Assembly (NCBI GenBank): GCA_963815115.1 | Contig: CAWFFN010000012.1 | Span: forward strand, 844,231-908,230 | DNA from: an uncultured delta proteobacterium | GTDB taxonomy: Bacteria; Desulfobacterota; Binatia; DP-6 | Length of the DNA stretch: 64,000 nt | Direction: 5' to 3' | Shown here: piece by piece, positions 59,812 to 64,000 of the stretch | How the letters are laid out: each line of letters starts with the position of its first letter | Position numbering within the stretch: the stretch's first letter is position 1 | Program-made: the position numbers and the translations under genes | The notes under the pieces: model-generated | Told to the model about the DNA's origin: nothing | The model's input: the letters and a program-made list of their open reading frames with translations, nothing else | Database searches by the model: none

Positions 59812-59914
59812 CGACCTGGCCGCTCACATATCGACGTCGACCCCGCTGCGCAAAGACTCCCGCTCGCGCGGTCGAAGCTGGTGACGCCCGTCGCGCCGCG
59901 GAGGAGAGCGACGC

Positions 59915-62900
59915 ATGCGCTGCGCGGCATGTAGCCACGAGAACCTCCCCGGCGCCCGCTTCTGCAGCGGGTGCGGCGCCGGTCTGGAGCGAATCTGTGC
60001 GGGCTGCGGCCATGCAAGCGGCGCCGGCGCGCAGTTCTGCAGCGCCTGTGGCCGGAGCATGGCCTCCGGGGTGGCAGCGGTGGAGAACCGGGCGCCGGCG
60101 ACGGGAGTACGCTGGTCGGGGAGCGACGGCAGCTGACGGTGCTCTTCTGCGACGTCGTCGGATCAACGGGTCTGGGGCGCGTCTCAGACCCGGAGGAATG
60201 GCACTCGATCAGTGCGCGCTATCACCGCTGCGGCGCCGAGGCCGTCGAGCGCTTCGGAGGCCACGTCGCCAAGTTCCTCGGAGACGGTTTCCTCACGTAC
60301 TTCGGCTACCCGCTCGCCTACGACGACGGCCCGGAGCGCGGCACACGGGCTGGCATCGCCATCCTCGATGCACTCGTCCCGCTGAACGAGCGTCTCGAGA
60401 AGGAGCACGGAGCCCGGCTGGCAGTCCGGGTCGGTATCCACACCGGCGACGTGGTGATCGGCGAGGGCGGCGGGAAGGACACCGAGGTGTTCGGCGAAGC
60501 GGTGCACCTGGCAGCGCGTGTACAGCAGCTCGCCGGGTCGAACGAGATCCTCATCAGCGAAACGACGTGCCGCCTCGTGTCCGGGCTCTTCGTGATGGAG
60601 GAGCGCGGCGCCCATGCGCTCCGCGGCATCCCGAAGCCCGTCGCCCTCTACCGGGTGCTGCAGCCGACCGGCGCGCGAGGTCGCTTGCAGACTTCCGGCT
60701 TGCGCGGGCTGACGCCGTTCGTGGGACGCGAGGCGGAACGTTCGCTGCTGCTCAGCCGCTGGGAACGGGCGCAGGAGGGCGAGGGCCAGGTCGTGCTGGT
60801 CAGCGGCGATCCAGGGATCGGAAAGTCGCGCCTTCTGCAGGTGTTCCGGGACGACATCGCCGGGCATGCCCAGACGTGGGTCGAGTGCGCCGCCTCCTCC
60901 TGTCACACGAGCACTCCGTTCTTCTGCGTGATCGACATGATCCAGCAAGGTCTCGCGAGGCAGTGCGGCGAGTCGCTGGAGCAGCGGCTCATCCTCCTCG
61001 AGCGGGCGCTGACCACGACCGGTCTCGATCCCGCAGAGGGCGTGCCGCTGCTGGCTGGCCTGATCGGACTGTCACTGCCCCCCGGGCGGTATCCGCCGCT
61101 CGCGGGCTCGCCGGCGCAGCAGCGCGAGCGCCTGATGGCGACGCTCGCCCGCTGGCTCCTCGCGGCGGCCGCGATCCAGCCGGCGGTGCTGGTCGTCGAG
61201 GACCTGATGTGGGCCGACCCCTCGACGATCGAGCTGCTCGAGCTCCTCGGGCAGCAGGCGGCGACGGCGCCGGTGCTGTTGCTGTACACGGCCCGCCCGA
61301 GTTCGATGCACGTGGCCAGCGCGTTCGAACCTCACGGTCGTGACCCTCGAAACCGGCTTGGGCAGCACCACGTGCGACAGATGATCGCGAGCCGCAGTGA
61401 CTCGACCGCCCTGCCGGACCTCGTCGACACGCTGGTCGCACGGAGCGACGGCGTGCCGCTGTTCGCAGAGGAGCTGACGAGTCTGGTGACGGACGCGGGA
61501 CGCCTGCCGCAAAGCGAGGTGCCGGCGACGCTCCAGGAATTCCTGACGGCGCGGCTCGATCGCCTCGGGCCGGCACGGCGCATCGCGCAGATCGGGGCGG
61601 CGATCGGCCGCGAGTTTTCGTACCGTCTGCTGGAGGTGATCGCCGGATCGACGGTGCCGGACCTCCACCAGGCCCTGGCCCGTCTGACGGACGCCGAGCT
61701 GCTGTACGCGCGGGGGGTTCCCTCCCGATGCAGCCTACGTCTTCAAGCACGCGCTCATTCGCGACGCGGCGTACGGCACGCTCCTGAAGAGCCGCCGCCG
61801 CGAGCTGCACGTCGCCATCGCGCGAGCCCTCGCCGACGGCTTTCCGGACACCGTGGAAGCGATGCCGGAGCTGCTCGCTCACCACTTCACCGAAGCGGGC
61901 GAGCTCGAGACGGCATGGCGAGAGTGGCAGCGAGCCGGCGAGCTGGCCGTCGCACGCTCGGCGCTGCTCGAAGCCGCCGGTCACTTCAGGACGGGACTGG
62001 AGCTGCTCGCTACCCTCCCCGACGCGACCGGACGGGTGCAGCAGGCGTTGAACCTCCAGGTTCTTCTGGGCCAGGCGCTGGCGGCGACCAAGGGCTATGG
62101 GGCACGCGACGTCACGGACGCGTTCGCCCGCGCGCGCGAGCTCGCCCGGAAGGCGGGCGGGACGCCGGAGCTCCTGTCGGTGCTGTTCGGTCTCTGGGCC
62201 TCGATCGCCGGACAGGGAGAGCTCGGTGTTGCCCGCACCCTCGCGGACGAGCTGCTGGTGGTGGCGGAGCGTGCCGGGATGCGTACCGAGATGGTCTGGG
62301 GTCACCTGGCCCACGGCATCAACCACTACTCGCTCGGCGATCACCCGGCGGCACGGGAGCACCTGGCGCGCGTCGTCGCCCTGTACCGGGAGGTCGAGCG
62401 ACCGGCCAGCCCGTCGGATCCGGGCGTCATGGCGCTCAGCTACGCGACGGTCAACTCGTGGACGCTCGGGCTCGTCGACGAATCGCGCGAGCGAAGCCGC
62501 GAGTCGCTCGAGCTGGCGCAGCGCCTGCAGAATCCGCTCGCGGTCGCGTGGGCGCGCTTCTTCACGGGTGCGCTCCACGTGTTCTTGAGGGAGCCACGGC
62601 GCGCGCTCGAGCACGTCGACCCGCTCATCAGTCTCTCCACCGAGCACGGGTTCGCGCTCTTCGTGGGTCTGGCCACGATCGTCCGCGGTGCCGCCCTCTC
62701 CGAGGACGGCCGGCACGACGAGGGCGTCGGAGGACTCCGGAAGGGGCTCGCCGTGTATCGCACCACCGGCCAGCGGGTCTCGCACCGTCTGTACCTCTGC
62801 TGGTTGGCGCAGGCGTACGCCGCCGCCGGTGCGCTCGAGGAGGCCGCCGCGACGGTCGACGAGGCCCTCGGCATGCCCACCGACGAGCGCCTGTTCGAGC

Positions 62901-63191
62901 CCCGAGCTGCACCGGCTGCGCGCCGAGCTGCTGGCACGGCAGAGCGCAGAGCCGGCCCGCGTGGAGGCGAGCTTTCGCGAGGCGATCGAGCTCGCGCATC
63001 GGCAGGCGGCTCGTTCCCTCGAGCTGCGCGCGGCCACGAGCCATGCCCGGTGGTTGCGGATCGCCGGGCGCGGGGCCGAGGGGCGGCGGCACCTCGAGGA
63101 TGCGTGTGAGTGGTTCTCCGCCGCCACCGACACGCGGGATCTGGCCGACGCGAGAACGGTGCTGCGAGAGCTCACAGGTCACGGCCCGTGA
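59915..63191 (+). CDS. double zinc ribbon, class III adenylate/guanylate cyclase, AAA ATPase and TPR protein, with several frameshifts (about 60100, 61300-61350, 61720, 62900)
   Basis: CxxC pairs, ERRQLTVLFCDVVGST, KFLGDG, LAAR, FVGRE.E, GDPGIGKSRL, EDL.WAD, FKHALIRDAAY and SLELRAATS. Confidence 0.88.
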
Positions 63192-63209
63192 CGGGCGATC
63201 GCCGGGATA

Positions 63210-63233
63210 CATCACCTCGACAGTATGAGGTGA
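63210..63233. promoter_or_regulatory. inverted repeat, probable operator upstream of the wHTH gene
   Basis: ATCACCTC-N8-GAGGTGAT in an AT-richer spacer, 18 bp before the ATG. Confidence 0.5.
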
Positions 63234-63251
63234 TAGTTATAGCATCGCCTC

Positions 63252-64000
63252 ATGGCCGAACGTGTCGAGCGCGTGCGCCGGCTGCTCGGACGCCTGGGCG
63301 AGGTCTCGAACCACGATGTCGCGCGCGCGCTGCGGGTGTCGGCCGCCACCACGCACCGGCTGCTGCGGGCGCTCGTGGAGGGAGGTGTCCTCGAGCGGCA
63401 CGGGCGGGGCCCTGCAGCGCGTTACCGCCTGCGCAGCGTCAGACGTCGGTTTCCGCCTGGTGGGTTTGGAGGAGGACCGCGCGTGGGAGCAGGTCGCGAC
63501 GGACATTGCCCGCATCCGACCGCTCGCAGCCGACGACTCGCAGAGCCTCCGCTATGCCGCCAGCGAAATACTCAACAATGCCATCGAGCATTCACGAGGG
63601 ACCGCGGTGCGGGTCGGCGTGTCGTTCGAGGCGGCAGGCATGACCGTCACTACGATCGAGGATGACGGGGTCGGGGTGTTCCGTCGTCTGTGCGACGATT
63701 TCGACTTCCGTTCCCCTCACGATGCCATCGTGCAGCTCGAGAAGGGCAAGCTCACGAGCGACCCGGAGCACCATAGCGGCGAGGGCATCTTCTTCTCCTC
63801 GAAAGTTGTTTCGCGCTTTCACCTGGAGAGCCAGGGTGTGGCGTGGATCGTCGACAATCTCACGCCCGACACGGCCATCGGGCCGAGCGACGTTCGGCGT
63901 GGAACCCGGGTCACGCTGACGGTTGCGGAGGGCCGTGTACCTCGCCTGCAGGAGGTGCTCCGCACCTACACCACCCCCGAGTCGCTGGGATTCGTGCGGA
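63252..64000 (+). CDS. wHTH plus HATPase_c protein (probably followed by a STAS-like DUF4325 domain); frameshift near 63450, runs off the window
   Basis: N-terminal HTH VARALRVSAATTHRLL..LV..G. After the shift: LEED..W, SEILNNAIEHS, DDGVGVF and HSGEGIFFSSK. Confidence 0.75.

Noticed and set aside
52926-63191. Patatin plus nucleotide cyclase as a CBASS or Pycsar defence system
   Set aside because: There is no CD-NTase, the cyclase is the common DZR-AAA-TPR type and is not operonic with the patatin, and the patatin is NTE-like.

Overview
This is a 64 kb, very GC-rich (roughly 70% by eye), gene-dense bacterial window with about 50 genes. I found no rRNA, complete tRNA, CRISPR array, transposase or phage genes. 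The gene content (Cys-rich secreted proteins, an actinobacterial-type DesA, boxCB, a DZR-cyclase-AAA-TPR protein) suggests a Binatota/Myxococcota-like organism, but that is inference only. Main blocks, in order: (1) two hydrolases and a divergent TetR / acyl-ACP desaturase pair with a triple palindromic operator; (2) a boxC-boxB-benzoate-CoA ligase operon with no boxA or boxR; (3) a long envelope/stress region of about 10-44 kb with OmpA, a di-heme peroxidase-like protein, a fused toxin-antitoxin relic, secreted paralogs, a DUF4185-like protein, an RND pump, lipases, HdeD, a MarC relic, small lipoproteins, an Mrp E-F-G-B-C-D cluster, MFS and ABC transporters and arcD-arcA; (4) a MutS-like ATPase, a 1022-aa propeller/di-heme c protein, NnrS and a Rieske oxygenase; (5) a lipid locus in which a cNMP-patatin gene diverges from an operon of FabH-like, DGAT2-like acyltransferase, FabI/FabL-like SDR and CMD genes, where both the FabH-like and SDR enzymes carry non-canonical catalytic residues; (6) a methyltransferase, a cyclase-AAA-TPR gene and a wHTH-HATPase gene. 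Block 5 is my best candidate for an undescribed system. Many small frameshifts, dense after about 56.8 kb, look more like assembly errors than real pseudogenes. All family calls come from recognising motifs by eye, not from database searches.
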